Positions 9,515 through 19,569 of a DNA stretch of 64,000 nt are shown in pieces. Source of the stretch: a virus. Positions within the stretch are counted from its first letter, which is position 1. Each line of letters begins with the position of its first letter. The notes under the pieces were generated by a model. It did not search any database and was not told the origin of the DNA. It saw nothing but the letters and a program-made list of their open reading frames with translations. The stretch lies in the IMG/VR virus record IMGVR_UViG_3300031519_000002; one strand, 5' to 3'. The position numbers and the translations under genes are program-made.

Positions 9515-10182
9515 GTCTGCGTCTTTTCAAAGAAGTACGTGTAGCTGTTAAAGCCTTTAATTGGCTTACCAAATGCTTTCATTATTTCTGTTTGCATTCC
9601 GCCTATAACTGATTTTTGAAACTTAAGATTTGTTTTTAAAAATATCTGTCCACCGGGGTTAAGATAATCAAACATATTATCTTTCCAGTAGTGCCAGTCT
9701 GCTTCTTTATATTCTCGTGTACGTATGTCGTTAAACTGTGTACGTAGTAATGTTATAACATCGTATGTGTCAGGTAACTTAACATATTCACTAGGCATAA
9801 GTTGTAGTTCAAACAAGTTTAAATTATAGTGCTGATGTATTTTATATACAGGATCGTCTAAACGTTTTTGTACTTCTGTTCCTGTTGCAGTGTGGCCTAG
9901 TGTATTACATAGTTTTACAAACTGTCCTGAACCTGTACCAATGTCTAATATTTTACATTTACTTCTATTCTTTAAATTTAAGTAGTTTATAAAAGCAACC
10001 TTTTCTGCTGTCTTTCGATCTTTAGGTGGAAAATAACCTTCCATAGCATATACTGTATCGCTATGTTCTTTGCTCCATTGTTCAGTAAAGTCGTTGAATA
10101 AGATATCCCTCGCCCATTCAAGCTCTCCGCCTGTGGGATTTTGTAAGTGTCTGTCGCTTCTATATTCTGGTAAATTTATCAT
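9505..10182 (-). CDS. Class I SAM-dependent methyltransferase
   Basis: ILDIGTGSG, YDVI, LNPGG. Confidence 0.8.
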   Translation of the reverse strand: MINLPEYRSDRHLQNPTGGELEWARDILFNDFTEQWSKEHSDTVYAMEGYFPPKDRKTAEKVAFINYLNLKNRSKCKILDIGTGSGQFVKLCNTLGHTATGTEVQKRLDDPVYKIHQHYNLNLFELQLMPSEYVKLPDTYDVITLLRTQFNDIRTREYKEADWHYWKDNMFDYLNPGGQIFLKTNLKFQKSVIGGMQTEIMKAFGKPIKGFNSYTYFFEKTQTWL

Positions 10183-10838
10183 TTGCTTGTTGTTGATTTA
10201 ATCCCTTGTACTTTTGTAAAATATGGTTTGTATGCACGTAACCACGGACATAGTTGTTTGCACATAATAGCATCATTTGGCCACCAGCCTATAGTATCTT
10301 GAAGATCTATTATTTTCTTTGCGGCTTCGGGCTTAATAATATATGCACTATGCCCCGGTAATCCTTGTGGTATAATTTCGTCAGCTACCCACGGAACTTC
10401 TTGTTCACCTGAATCGTCTAACTTATTATAAAGTTTCCAATTAAACGTAGCATGATCAGGATTGTTAATACTAATAGCACCACCTTCAAATTCAAATGGC
10501 TTAAACTGTCTTGTAAAAATAGCATCATGCTCTAGTATCATAATAGTTCTATTTGTGTCAGCACATAACTTCCACAAAGCATAATGGCTTCCTGCGGCCG
10601 CAATACGCTTTGTCATGTCGTATGTTTTATACGCTTTCAATCTCATGCCTGTTGTTGGACAAGTTGCCTTTTTAGTGTGCGGCCATTTCCAATCTACATC
10701 CCACATTGTGTCAGGAGTAATTGCATCAAACTTTTCAATGTCTAACCAAGACTGTGTATCAATGACCGACTGTATACAGTTATTAGCGTGTAGCTGACTG
10801 TCTTCATGACCCGGGATGGATATTACGAATGCTTTCAT
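10179..10838 (-). CDS. GT25 (LgtB-like) glycosyltransferase
   Basis: SHYALW, ILEHDA, AYIIKPEAAKK. Confidence 0.8.
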   Translation of the reverse strand: MKAFVISIPGHEDSQLHANNCIQSVIDTQSWLDIEKFDAITPDTMWDVDWKWPHTKKATCPTTGMRLKAYKTYDMTKRIAAAGSHYALWKLCADTNRTIMILEHDAIFTRQFKPFEFEGGAISINNPDHATFNWKLYNKLDDSGEQEVPWVADEIIPQGLPGHSAYIIKPEAAKKIIDLQDTIGWWPNDAIMCKQLCPWLRAYKPYFTKVQGIKSTTSK

Positions 10839-11410
10839 TTTGTTAATACATATACTCTACAAGGCACTTTGCCTTTTAATCCAGTTGACTCAAATGTTGA
10901 TTCTAACTGTAAGCCTGTATTATTAAACAGTTGGCGCAACTCGTCATCATAAATTTCTACAGGATCCCATGGTCTTGCGTTATTGTCATCTGGTCCATAC
11001 CCGTGTTCTAGATATAGTTTTCCAGTCGGCGACATCTGATCTGCCCATACCTTAATAGTGCTAATAGGATCAAAACAATGATCAAACGCATTTGAATAAA
11101 CAACATCAAAGTAACCTACCCAATCTTCACGCACATTATTAAAATCGTGTTGTACAGTCATAGGAAATTTAGATGCTGTATGAGAAACTTCTGTACCTAT
11201 AATTTCTGCGTCAGGAAAACTTTCTTTAAAATAGAATTGCTCTGCCGCATTGCGAGTGCCATGACAAAGTATCTTTCCTGCTACTGTTTTATCTTCACAA
11301 ATTTTTCTAATAGTTTTCTTCTCAACATAAATGTTTTTAAGTTTTTTTACATTGGCTTCAATTTGGTTATCTAGATACTCTTCGTAATTTTTATATTCAT
11401 ATATTTTCAT
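10835..11410 (-). CDS. Putative SAM-dependent methyltransferase
   Basis: ILCHGTRN, HDF, FDVVYSNAFDH. Confidence 0.6.
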   Translation of the reverse strand: MKIYEYKNYEEYLDNQIEANVKKLKNIYVEKKTIRKICEDKTVAGKILCHGTRNAAEQFYFKESFPDAEIIGTEVSHTASKFPMTVQHDFNNVREDWVGYFDVVYSNAFDHCFDPISTIKVWADQMSPTGKLYLEHGYGPDDNNARPWDPVEIYDDELRQLFNNTGLQLESTFESTGLKGKVPCRVYVLTK

Positions 11411-11425
11411 AATAACTCCTACTTC

Positions 11426-11432
11426 TATTTAA
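11426..11432 (-). promoter_or_regulatory. Possible late promoter
   Basis: TTAAATA followed by AGGAG SD and the ATG at 11410. Confidence 0.45.
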
Positions 11433-12115
11433 TTAATTCTTTTTGCAAAGCCGTGCATACTGGTATGTATGTCGTTAGTCCATTCACTCATTACTTGATA
11501 CCATCCCCATTCATTAGGATATAATTTTGATTCATTAACAAATTGACGTACTAATGCTGTATTAAAATGCTTACGGTGGTGTATTAAAACATCACTAGGT
11601 AAAAACCCATACCAATCGTCATGTGGGTTAGTTTTGTCAACTTCCTCAACTAATCCTGAACCAAACTTTGGACCACGCTTTGGTCTAGTCATAAACCCAA
11701 CTGGGCCTTTCTCGTGTGCTTTGCGTAACCAATTTTGTAGATCAACTTGTCTGTCTATTTGTGTGTTCCAGTCAACACGAATAATTAGATCATGATGAGC
11801 AGGTATTTTATTAACTAAGTCGGCGTGTGCAATTATTGGAACTATTCCAAAATATAGTTCGTCAGTTAATTCTCGTGAATTAACATATTTCTCAAACTTA
11901 GCATGCTTCGACGGCGGCTGTGATTCCATTGGATGATAGTGCCACGTTGGATAGTGCATTGTAGAAAGTCTATCGTGATATTCTACTGGTACTAAGTGTG
12001 TTTTATTACTAAAGGTATGAAAGTAAAAATTACAACCCGGCAAGTATCGTTTTAGTTGTTCTACAATATTATTACCTTTGTCGTTTACTCCACTAACACA
12101 TATTGCTATATTCAT
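11429..12115 (-). CDS. Hypothetical protein, possibly glycosyltransferase-related
   Basis: MNIAICVSG N-terminus and DLIIRVD; lies in glycan cluster; ATGA overlap with upstream gene. Confidence 0.55.
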   Translation of the reverse strand: MNIAICVSGVNDKGNNIVEQLKRYLPGCNFYFHTFSNKTHLVPVEYHDRLSTMHYPTWHYHPMESQPPSKHAKFEKYVNSRELTDELYFGIVPIIAHADLVNKIPAHHDLIIRVDWNTQIDRQVDLQNWLRKAHEKGPVGFMTRPKRGPKFGSGLVEEVDKTNPHDDWYGFLPSDVLIHHRKHFNTALVRQFVNESKLYPNEWGWYQVMSEWTNDIHTSMHGFAKRIN

Positions 12116-12801
12116 GAGAAAAACCAACGTCTTAGATTAGTTGCTATAAGTGCATGACTTTTTGGACCCGGGTGTGGGTTTGGTACATCTAATGCATCGT
12201 CGATGTGGAAGTGATCACTCCAATTGAAACGTTTTAAATTTAAGTCTCTTACATTAAATTTTTTAAAGTAATTGAAATCTTCATGATAATGTTCACAGTA
12301 TACATGAAAACTTTGTATGCCTTTACTTTTAAGGAATGCATGTACAAAATTCATTCTAATCATTTGATTTAATGTTGCATTCCAGTCTTCATGAAAGGTT
12401 TCGTAATATGTTGTCACATCTTTCTTGAAAGTGTCTTCTTTATCCCACCAAAAATCTTTTGGCATTCCAGCATTTAAAAATCCAGGTAACATATGTAATT
12501 TTTCTTCGCCGCCGTCTTTGTAAATAGTTTCTCTATTATTATGTGACCACATGATCACTACTACTGTATTTTTATCATACTTAGAATAATCAACTATTGC
12601 TTTAGTGATCATTAAGTTGCCTGCTCCTGGCCTTGATGCATTATCAACTTTCATGTCTGTTAGTCCACCCAATATGATAGGCCAGGCCTGTTGACTAGCT
12701 GTTGGTCCGTTTGAACCATCTTCAGCTATACAATCTGACAGTCCGTGTCCGTATGTGTGGCTACATCCAAACGTAACTAATTTGTAACTGTTCCAGCCCA
12801 T
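12112..12801 (-). CDS. SGNH/GDSL-like protein (possible acyltransferase/esterase)
   Basis: FGCSHTYG, N.SRPGAGN, C-terminal HPGPKSH. Confidence 0.6.
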   Translation of the reverse strand: MGWNSYKLVTFGCSHTYGHGLSDCIAEDGSNGPTASQQAWPIILGGLTDMKVDNASRPGAGNLMITKAIVDYSKYDKNTVVVIMWSHNNRETIYKDGGEEKLHMLPGFLNAGMPKDFWWDKEDTFKKDVTTYYETFHEDWNATLNQMIRMNFVHAFLKSKGIQSFHVYCEHYHEDFNYFKKFNVRDLNLKRFNWSDHFHIDDALDVPNPHPGPKSHALIATNLRRWFFS

Positions 12802-13469
12802 ATGTTTTTCCTTGCAGTTGTATCGAAATCAAAGTCCCAATACTCTATATCTTTTTTATACCAATCGGCAACAATTTGAATTGTTTGCGGAGTGTATACG
12901 TCTTTGTATGAATCAACTAAGCCAGTAACATTTCTAGACCGTGGCATACTAGGTAAGTCTAAATACTTAGGAAGATCGTTACTAAGTTTTTCTTGTCTTA
13001 AAATGTCGCAACGAAGATTATTATTTTCATCAGTAACATAATCAATTTGATTATACCATCCCCTAACTGCTCGGTGCCACATAAATTCTTTACCACCCCA
13101 CTTATGTCGTTCTTCTAAAAATGCTTCAAAAGATGATATGTCGGCATAATCTGTTGGAGTTGTCTTTTCAACTTCGATTACTTTTTTAGCAAAGAAATAT
13201 CTAGATACTACTCTTGCCCAAGGATTTCGAACAATAGTAAATGCTTGATGGTTCGCTCTTAGATCTCCTCTAAAATCTCTCCAACGTGCATGTGCATGCC
13301 CGTGATGGTCTCCTAGTGTATTCATTGTATCTAAAAGAGACGCTGTGTATGCTTTGCTAATATGTGTCTTGGGGCTTGCATCAATTATTTTATTTTTTAA
13401 CTCTTTGTTAAGTCTAATTGTACACCCTGCATTTTTTGGTATATGTATAAAAAGTTTTTTAAGTGTCAT
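12777..13469 (-). CDS. Sulfotransferase family protein
   Basis: FIHIPKNAG, VRNPWARVVSRY. Confidence 0.8.
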   Translation of the reverse strand: MTLKKLFIHIPKNAGCTIRLNKELKNKIIDASPKTHISKAYTASLLDTMNTLGDHHGHAHARWRDFRGDLRANHQAFTIVRNPWARVVSRYFFAKKVIEVEKTTPTDYADISSFEAFLEERHKWGGKEFMWHRAVRGWYNQIDYVTDENNNLRCDILRQEKLSNDLPKYLDLPSMPRSRNVTGLVDSYKDVYTPQTIQIVADWYKKDIEYWDFDFDTTARKNIWAGTVTN

Positions 13470-13842
13470 ACCGTGTATAATCCTTTTCTTCAACTATGTT
13501 TGACTTTGTAATTACATTAATTAATTTTTTAATTGTTGCACGATCGTCGTTCTTAATATAAACATTTCTAGCAAGTTCTACAAACTTTGATCCAAAACTT
13601 TTATCAGCTTCGCACTTACGTTTTCCGTTTTCAATATCCCATAACGCTTCGTTAATCTCTTGTAGTTGTTCTACCAATACATTAACTTCTGGATTGTCAG
13701 TAAATGCTCTTTCTTCTAAAGATGTTAACTCTTTATTAACGTTAGCAAGTTGACTTGCGTTTGTTAATTTCTTTTGTTTAATTCGAAGTATTGTAATCCT
13801 GTCAAATAATTCTCCAACAGATACTTCAACTGATACCATCAT
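13459..13842 (-). CDS. DUF6165-like helical protein
   Basis: SVGELFDRITILRIK, INEALWDIE, ARNVYIKNDDRA, EEKDY. Confidence 0.7.
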   Translation of the reverse strand: MMVSVEVSVGELFDRITILRIKQKKLTNASQLANVNKELTSLEERAFTDNPEVNVLVEQLQEINEALWDIENGKRKCEADKSFGSKFVELARNVYIKNDDRATIKKLINVITKSNIVEEKDYTRYDT

Positions 13843-14584
13843 TAATTTTAATCCCGTTATCTTTAGCCCTATGCATGTGATGACTCCAGCGGTCTTTAGG
13901 GCTCAGTGTATATATGTGAATGTTCTCTGGAGCAAAGTAAACTTGTGACATATGCATAAAGCCACTGTCAACGCCAACATGATAAGTTGCCTTTGACATA
14001 GCGTATGCAATATGTTTTAAACTGTCTCTTAATAATATGTCTTTTGACTCACCGCCTACTACAACTATTTCATAGTCTTTATACTTGTCTAGTATTGCTT
14101 GACGTTGCTTAGGTTTAATCATACGTTTCTTAGACGTACTGTCAAACTGTACTGTAATAAACTTTTTAGGAAGTTTAATGTCTTGTGGCTCTGCGTCTAA
14201 TTGCGGAAAGTATCTTAGATACGGTGTAAGATCAATACCCTCTTTTGGTTCAAATCTCTGTGGGTGATCCGCATAAATCTGTGCATGCCCGTCGTATGTG
14301 CGTCTTACATAGTTTACAAAGTCTAAATTATCTATAGGTTCGCAATCAAGGTGTGGCATAATTGCAACACTTCCTTTAGGAAATAAACTTACTATTTCTG
14401 GCCAACTTTCTGGCTTGTGTCTATTCCATTGATACTTTGTAAGATGTAAAGTTACAGGAGTGTTTTCCATTAGCCCATAATTGTATGCTACTAATACAGC
14501 ATGTATTCTATCTCCTAGACCAGGTGCACCATAATGAAAGTTTTTCTTTATAGTGCTATATGCTCTCATTACTATGTGTGTCAT
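13826..14584 (-). CDS. GT9-like (heptosyltransferase-type) glycosyltransferase
   Basis: GLGDRI near N-terminus and HVGVDSGFMH. Confidence 0.65.
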   Translation of the reverse strand: MTHIVMRAYSTIKKNFHYGAPGLGDRIHAVLVAYNYGLMENTPVTLHLTKYQWNRHKPESWPEIVSLFPKGSVAIMPHLDCEPIDNLDFVNYVRRTYDGHAQIYADHPQRFEPKEGIDLTPYLRYFPQLDAEPQDIKLPKKFITVQFDSTSKKRMIKPKQRQAILDKYKDYEIVVVGGESKDILLRDSLKHIAYAMSKATYHVGVDSGFMHMSQVYFAPENIHIYTLSPKDRWSHHMHRAKDNGIKINDGIS

Positions 14585-15213
14585 TAGTTTACTCTAATTT
14601 CAAATTGTGTCATTCCGTGTCTATGAAAATTGCCTCGCAAATTATTTTCATCTACAAATTGATTAACTGCTTTTGTTACACCTGGCTTACTCCAAGTTGC
14701 TTTAGGCCATTTAAAATCGTCACCTAGAATTAATCCACCCGGCTTAACTTTTTTATGTGCTTGTACTAGATCAGCATAGCATCCTTCATATGAATGTTCA
14801 CCGTCAACATAAATCCAATCAAGGTGGTTGTCTGGACACGAATTAAACCATTCGTTTGATGTTTGTCGTACTAGATGTACTTCTGGATTAGCAACAAATT
14901 TTTCTTTTACTTTTTGATATACGTTCTCGTAATAAAGAACAAATTCTTTCTCCATATCAACATTAGAAAGTCCTTTAGGAGCAATGTTAAGTAGCTTTCT
15001 ATATTTCTTTAGCCACACATTATATGGCATTTCGCTGTTATTTTTAAACGGTTCAACTGAATACGGATCTACTAGATATAATTTTGTTAAATTTTTCTTT
15101 TGAAATTCTGCTGATGTATTTGCCATCCACACACCTATTTCAGCACCAATTGTACCTTCTTTAATTAAGTGTAAAATGTTTGGTGCATCACTATTTCTTT
15201 CCTTACCCATCAT
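14584..15213 (-). CDS. Class I SAM methyltransferase (Methyltransf_24-like)
   Basis: AEIGVW, YVDGEHSYEG, KPGGLILGDD. Confidence 0.85.
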   Translation of the reverse strand: MMGKERNSDAPNILHLIKEGTIGAEIGVWMANTSAEFQKKNLTKLYLVDPYSVEPFKNNSEMPYNVWLKKYRKLLNIAPKGLSNVDMEKEFVLYYENVYQKVKEKFVANPEVHLVRQTSNEWFNSCPDNHLDWIYVDGEHSYEGCYADLVQAHKKVKPGGLILGDDFKWPKATWSKPGVTKAVNQFVDENNLRGNFHRHGMTQFEIRVN

Positions 15214-15238
15214 TGTATTATTTCTCCTATCAATGTGT

Positions 15239-16024
15239 TTAGTTTATAATCTTCATTAAGTCTGATACGTTTTCGCCTTTTTGTGGTAACAAATCTTTTA
15301 AGAAAAAATGCACAAAGTATGCTTTGGGAATTTGATTATCTTCAATTCCTTTGAATAATCCGTTCCACCGCCAGTCCATATTAAGTGTAGCAATCTTTTC
15401 TTTCTTAACCCAGTAGTTAAGCAACATTTGATCTGTTGACCATTTGCGGTAACCAATGCCGTCTACAAAGTCTTTAAACTCTGGTCTACGTATAAACTGT
15501 TCTGCTGTTTGGCCATTTAAGTATGGTAGAAACTTTTGGCAATTAATAACCATCATCCCCATATTGTAAAACTCAGCACCAAGTGCATTCCATTTCCAAT
15601 CTACATCTGTAAGATTTTCAAATGCGGCTTTTGAATATTTTCTAATTTTACTTTTATACTTTTTACCACAAGGCAGTTCACGCTCTGCTACTGCACCAAA
15701 CGCATACTCACTTGTTAAGTCTTCAAATATATTTGGAGCAGTTGATCTAATATAAATGTCACTATCAACTATGGCTACTTGATCATATTCGTGTAAGTGC
15801 GAAAATGCGTTTTCTTTTTCGTAAATGGGCATGTAACCTAAGCGTTCAACTGCTTCTTTACTGCGGCCAGTTACTGCCATATCTGGTCTAATTTTAAGTA
15901 TAGGCTCGTATTGTACTATGTGCTTAATGTTATATTTTTTGCAGTACTGCGATACACTTTCGATACAGTGTAAATACAATTGGCTTTGGGCGCCAACTGC
16001 TACTTGATAAATCATACGCTTCAT
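15239..16024 (-). CDS. GT8-like glycosyltransferase
   Basis: IVDSDIY, YNMGMM, DQMLLN, FVHF. Confidence 0.75.
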   Translation of the reverse strand: MKRMIYQVAVGAQSQLYLHCIESVSQYCKKYNIKHIVQYEPILKIRPDMAVTGRSKEAVERLGYMPIYEKENAFSHLHEYDQVAIVDSDIYIRSTAPNIFEDLTSEYAFGAVAERELPCGKKYKSKIRKYSKAAFENLTDVDWKWNALGAEFYNMGMMVINCQKFLPYLNGQTAEQFIRRPEFKDFVDGIGYRKWSTDQMLLNYWVKKEKIATLNMDWRWNGLFKGIEDNQIPKAYFVHFFLKDLLPQKGENVSDLMKIIN

Positions 16025-16596
16025 GATAGGTCCTTTGTAAAACTAACTTCTGTTTTATATGTAACTTTATTATACTTATCAAACTGCATTTTAACGATTC
16101 CGTCGCATAGCATCCAATCCGAAGGCATAGCGCCGTTGGTGTGTACCCAGTTAATAATCTTCTTTGCACCCGCCGGTGTTATTCTATATGCCCTAGCACC
16201 TTCGTACCAGTTACCTGCAGGAATAGGCTTTGCTTTATTAAATCCTTCAAACTTGTATACATCACAATCTTCATATTCGCCCATGGGCTGTTTGAAAACT
16301 ACGTCATGTTCAAATATACATATTGGTGTATTTGTTTCGTGGCATTTTTGCCACAAGAGATATTGGCTTAAAAAACATCCTTGTGTGCCTGGTCGTTGCA
16401 ATAGTTTTTTTGCTTTTTTGCTTTGAGCTGTTGGTACTAAGTTGTAATCAACTAAGCCTGTCTTCATTCCATTTACACCTTCGTGCAACTGCAACTTCCA
16501 GCCGTGTGCAAGTCCAGTCTCCAATGCACGATTTGCCATTCGTACACTTTCTGGATAGTCAGGCAAGTAAATTATATATCCTAAATTAAGATCCAT
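16021..16596 (-). CDS. GT25 glycosyltransferase
   Basis: GCFLSQYLLW, IFEHDV, GARAYRITPAGA. Confidence 0.8.
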   Translation of the reverse strand: MDLNLGYIIYLPDYPESVRMANRALETGLAHGWKLQLHEGVNGMKTGLVDYNLVPTAQSKKAKKLLQRPGTQGCFLSQYLLWQKCHETNTPICIFEHDVVFKQPMGEYEDCDVYKFEGFNKAKPIPAGNWYEGARAYRITPAGAKKIINWVHTNGAMPSDWMLCDGIVKMQFDKYNKVTYKTEVSFTKDLS

Positions 16597-17443
16597 CTTT
16601 TTCTTGAATCTCTTTTAGTGTAGCATTATACAAGTCATCGGGCATCCATTTAAGTTGGGCTTTTCTGTATTTTGTAGTTTCTTTTTTATTACCCTTGCCT
16701 GTTGAAAAGATATCGTCTTTCTTAATCCCCCAACAGTTCCATTTAAACGGAATGTTATTGTGTGGTTTGTTGCGCACTACCTTCCACTCTTTCATTACAT
16801 CTTTAAGTACATGTTGATCAATATACCAATAGCAACCTTTTTCAAACCCTTCGATAAGCCGTGTAGAAAACAACTCTCTAAACTCTAACCCTACTGGGCC
16901 AGTACCTAATGTCACTGCACTTGCAATAAAGGTAGCAGGATCCTTAGGCTTAGGCATAACGCCAACGTGTTTAGCAAGCTCTCTAAATACAGATTGATGG
17001 AATGCAGTACGTAGCACACTATCACAATCTATTTGTAATACATGTGTATCTTCATTTTTAAATAACTGAGGTAACCTCATAAATCGCACACTTGCTAGAT
17101 ATGTACGTCTTGCAACGTAGTCAGGATCTGCAATATTAAATATCGAATATCCGTCTCTCATCTGATGTAATCGTTTTGGTAAATCTATATAAAATTGCGG
17201 AGTAACATCTTCCCAAGTATATGTAAAGGAATGTAACTTAGTAAACTCTTTTAGTACCACATGATCAATATTGCCTTCATTAATAATATGAACGTGTACA
17301 TGCATCCAGCCTAATGTGCCAAATATACTTTTAGCTAATGCATATCCGTGTTTATAAAAGTACTCATAGTCGCAACTAAAGTAAATAACATCCTTGTATT
17401 CTTTTGGACAAATGTGCCCTTGTATTTCAGGGAGTTTAAACAT
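16586..17443 (-). CDS. GT-A fold glycosyltransferase-like protein
   Basis: YLASVRF, QIDCDS (DxD), WYIDQHVL; start MFKLP. Confidence 0.6.
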   Translation of the reverse strand: MFKLPEIQGHICPKEYKDVIYFSCDYEYFYKHGYALAKSIFGTLGWMHVHVHIINEGNIDHVVLKEFTKLHSFTYTWEDVTPQFYIDLPKRLHQMRDGYSIFNIADPDYVARRTYLASVRFMRLPQLFKNEDTHVLQIDCDSVLRTAFHQSVFRELAKHVGVMPKPKDPATFIASAVTLGTGPVGLEFRELFSTRLIEGFEKGCYWYIDQHVLKDVMKEWKVVRNKPHNNIPFKWNCWGIKKDDIFSTGKGNKKETTKYRKAQLKWMPDDLYNATLKEIQEKDGS

Positions 17444-18113
17444 CCGATGCCATTCCCGGGCGGAACCCGATAACTGCATTTTTCTCTCCACGTCCTATTT
17501 TTCTAATCATCCTATATCCTAACGGTGCAAGTATATGTCTAATAGTATCGGCATTGTGTCCATAGCGTTGCGGATGGTCCTTGCACTCGTAAAGAATAAT
17601 CGGTAAGCAACGTTTGATAGTTTCATATCCTCCTTGTGCAACAAATGGTTCATATCCTTCTGCGTCTATTTTAATAAAGTCAACGTCTTGTATATTATAG
17701 AAGTCTAATGGCATTACTGGTATCTTGCCGCCTTCTTCGTCTGGGTTTACATGTGTACTAAAACTTTTATTTGTTGTTCTAATCGAAACGTTTTCTTTTT
17801 TTGCACCTAGTCCTACTGGGTAAGTTGTTACGTTTGTAACATCTCTAGTATGTAAATTGTGTATCATGCAGTTATAAATCTTTGGATTGATTTCAAACGC
17901 ATGTACATGCTCAAAACTTTTTGATAATTGATACGCTGTAATACCAACATGCGCACCTACGTCAATAGCAACTCTCCATTTTGCACAATGACTAAATGCT
18001 GTTGATAGTTCTATATTTTGATAATTGTCAATATTTCCTGCACTTTGTTTTTTTGCACTTTTAAGACATATGTCATTTTTAATTGAGCGCCACCCATCTA
18101 TTTCTGTATACAT
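17436..18113 (-). CDS. FkbM-family methyltransferase
   Basis: IDVGAHVG, AFE, FIKIDAEGYE. Confidence 0.88.
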   Translation of the reverse strand: MYTEIDGWRSIKNDICLKSAKKQSAGNIDNYQNIELSTAFSHCAKWRVAIDVGAHVGITAYQLSKSFEHVHAFEINPKIYNCMIHNLHTRDVTNVTTYPVGLGAKKENVSIRTTNKSFSTHVNPDEEGGKIPVMPLDFYNIQDVDFIKIDAEGYEPFVAQGGYETIKRCLPIILYECKDHPQRYGHNADTIRHILAPLGYRMIRKIGRGEKNAVIGFRPGMASDV

Positions 18114-18886
18114 TATATCTCCACTTGATATTCATTTGTTATTTTCCAAGCCTCGCCGCTTGCATATTCATCTCGACTAAACTGACTATGTGCAATATGT
18201 TCTAACATTGGAGTGCGATCAAACCCGTATTGGTTCTGCCAATTCTGTACTGCACTTTGTCCTAATACTTCAATGGGCTTTCCTAAGCATAATGCTTCGA
18301 CAACAGCCATACTATGATATGTAATTACCTTTTTAGCATTTAACATCATAGGCAATATTTCTTTAAATCGTTGTCTGCGCTTACCTTCTTTTTCTCGTAT
18401 AATTAATTTTGTTGGGAGACTTTCATAATGTTTAATAGTGTCTCTCCTCCAAGTATCATAATCTTCACCTAAGTATTTAAAGATATTACTCTTGTTGGGC
18501 ATCACTAAAAGGTTGTAGTCGCCATTGCTATTCCATTCATTCCACAAATTACTGTCTAGTGCAAGACAATCAATTCTACTATTCTTAATTGGGCGTACTT
18601 GTGTATTTTGTAAACAGTTATAACTAATTCTATAGTATTCAGGAGTCTTGTGTAAATGGTTGCCTATGTATCCGTTATCTAAATGGAAAAACTTTAAACT
18701 AGGATCTTTAATAATAGCATCAAATACCCAGTCGTCAAATGGATGGCTAAACGCCAAGTATCTATCTTGTTCTATTTCATTAGGATGTGATATTGTTTTT
18801 ACATCACAGTTGTCGTAGAGATACGAGAACAGTTGTCCTCGTAACTCTTTTGAACGTACTGGTATTTGAAATTTAAAGTGATGCAT
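18113..18886 (-). CDS. Putative GT-B glycosyltransferase, KpsS/KpsC-like
   Basis: HLDNGY, IIREK, SMAVVEALCLGKP; paralog of 6512-7381; start MHHFK. Confidence 0.55.
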   Translation of the reverse strand: MHHFKFQIPVRSKELRGQLFSYLYDNCDVKTISHPNEIEQDRYLAFSHPFDDWVFDAIIKDPSLKFFHLDNGYIGNHLHKTPEYYRISYNCLQNTQVRPIKNSRIDCLALDSNLWNEWNSNGDYNLLVMPNKSNIFKYLGEDYDTWRRDTIKHYESLPTKLIIREKEGKRRQRFKEILPMMLNAKKVITYHSMAVVEALCLGKPIEVLGQSAVQNWQNQYGFDRTPMLEHIAHSQFSRDEYASGEAWKITNEYQVEI

Positions 18887-19328
18887 CTTCCATACCCGCA
18901 ACTCGCAATTTGACAACATTAGTAATTTGCCATTGCTTCTGATCAAGCCCTTTTAGTAAGCCTAACCACTTGTTACGCATAAGTGCAAACTCGTTAATAA
19001 TCTTTTCGTAGTCAACAACATCTGTTTCACCGTCTACGTATTTTTCAACGTCACGACTTGACAGAGCTCGTTGGTAGTTTTCGAGATATTTCTTAAAAAA
19101 AGAACTACGCAATCTGCGTAGCTCAATGTTTAAGTAGTTAAGGATTGCTTCTATCTCTTGAAGTTGATTAAAACGTTGTTCAACGATACCGGGCATATTT
19201 GCCGCGGCACGTTCAACATTGCCTTTCAGCTTTACATCAAGACGAGCTTCAATTAGCTCGTCTTCAAAGTATTGAATAGCTTCTGGGATTTTACTAATGT
19301 CTCTAGAAACTTCAGAGTAGTAACCCAT
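18873..19328 (-). CDS. uvsY: UvsY-like recombination mediator
   Basis: KYLENYQRALSSRDVEKYVDGE and LDQKQWQITNVVKLRVAG; two genes downstream of uvsX. Confidence 0.85.
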   Translation of the reverse strand: MGYYSEVSRDISKIPEAIQYFEDELIEARLDVKLKGNVERAAANMPGIVEQRFNQLQEIEAILNYLNIELRRLRSSFFKKYLENYQRALSSRDVEKYVDGETDVVDYEKIINEFALMRNKWLGLLKGLDQKQWQITNVVKLRVAGMEDASL

Positions 19329-19564
19329 CACTCATCCCAATCGTCTAATATACTATCTTCATCATCTTCTTCGGTGACATCTAAATAATAATTAATTGCA
19401 TGGTCTAAGTGTTCGTCAGTACCCATAGCATCTCTAAAAGTTTGATCATCTGCACCGTAGTCAGCACATGTATCAATATAGCTTTCAGCTACACTCTCGA
19501 GATTTTTCTTATCAATATCAGCTTTAAACGCATTCCAAATATCAACAATTTGCGCACTTTCCAT
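19328..19564 (-). CDS. Small acidic hypothetical protein
   Basis: 78 aa ORF between uvsX and uvsY with acidic C-terminus. Confidence 0.7.
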   Translation of the reverse strand: MESAQIVDIWNAFKADIDKKNLESVAESYIDTCADYGADDQTFRDAMGTDEHLDHAINYYLDVTEEDDEDSILDDWDE

Positions 19565-19569
19565 TATTG

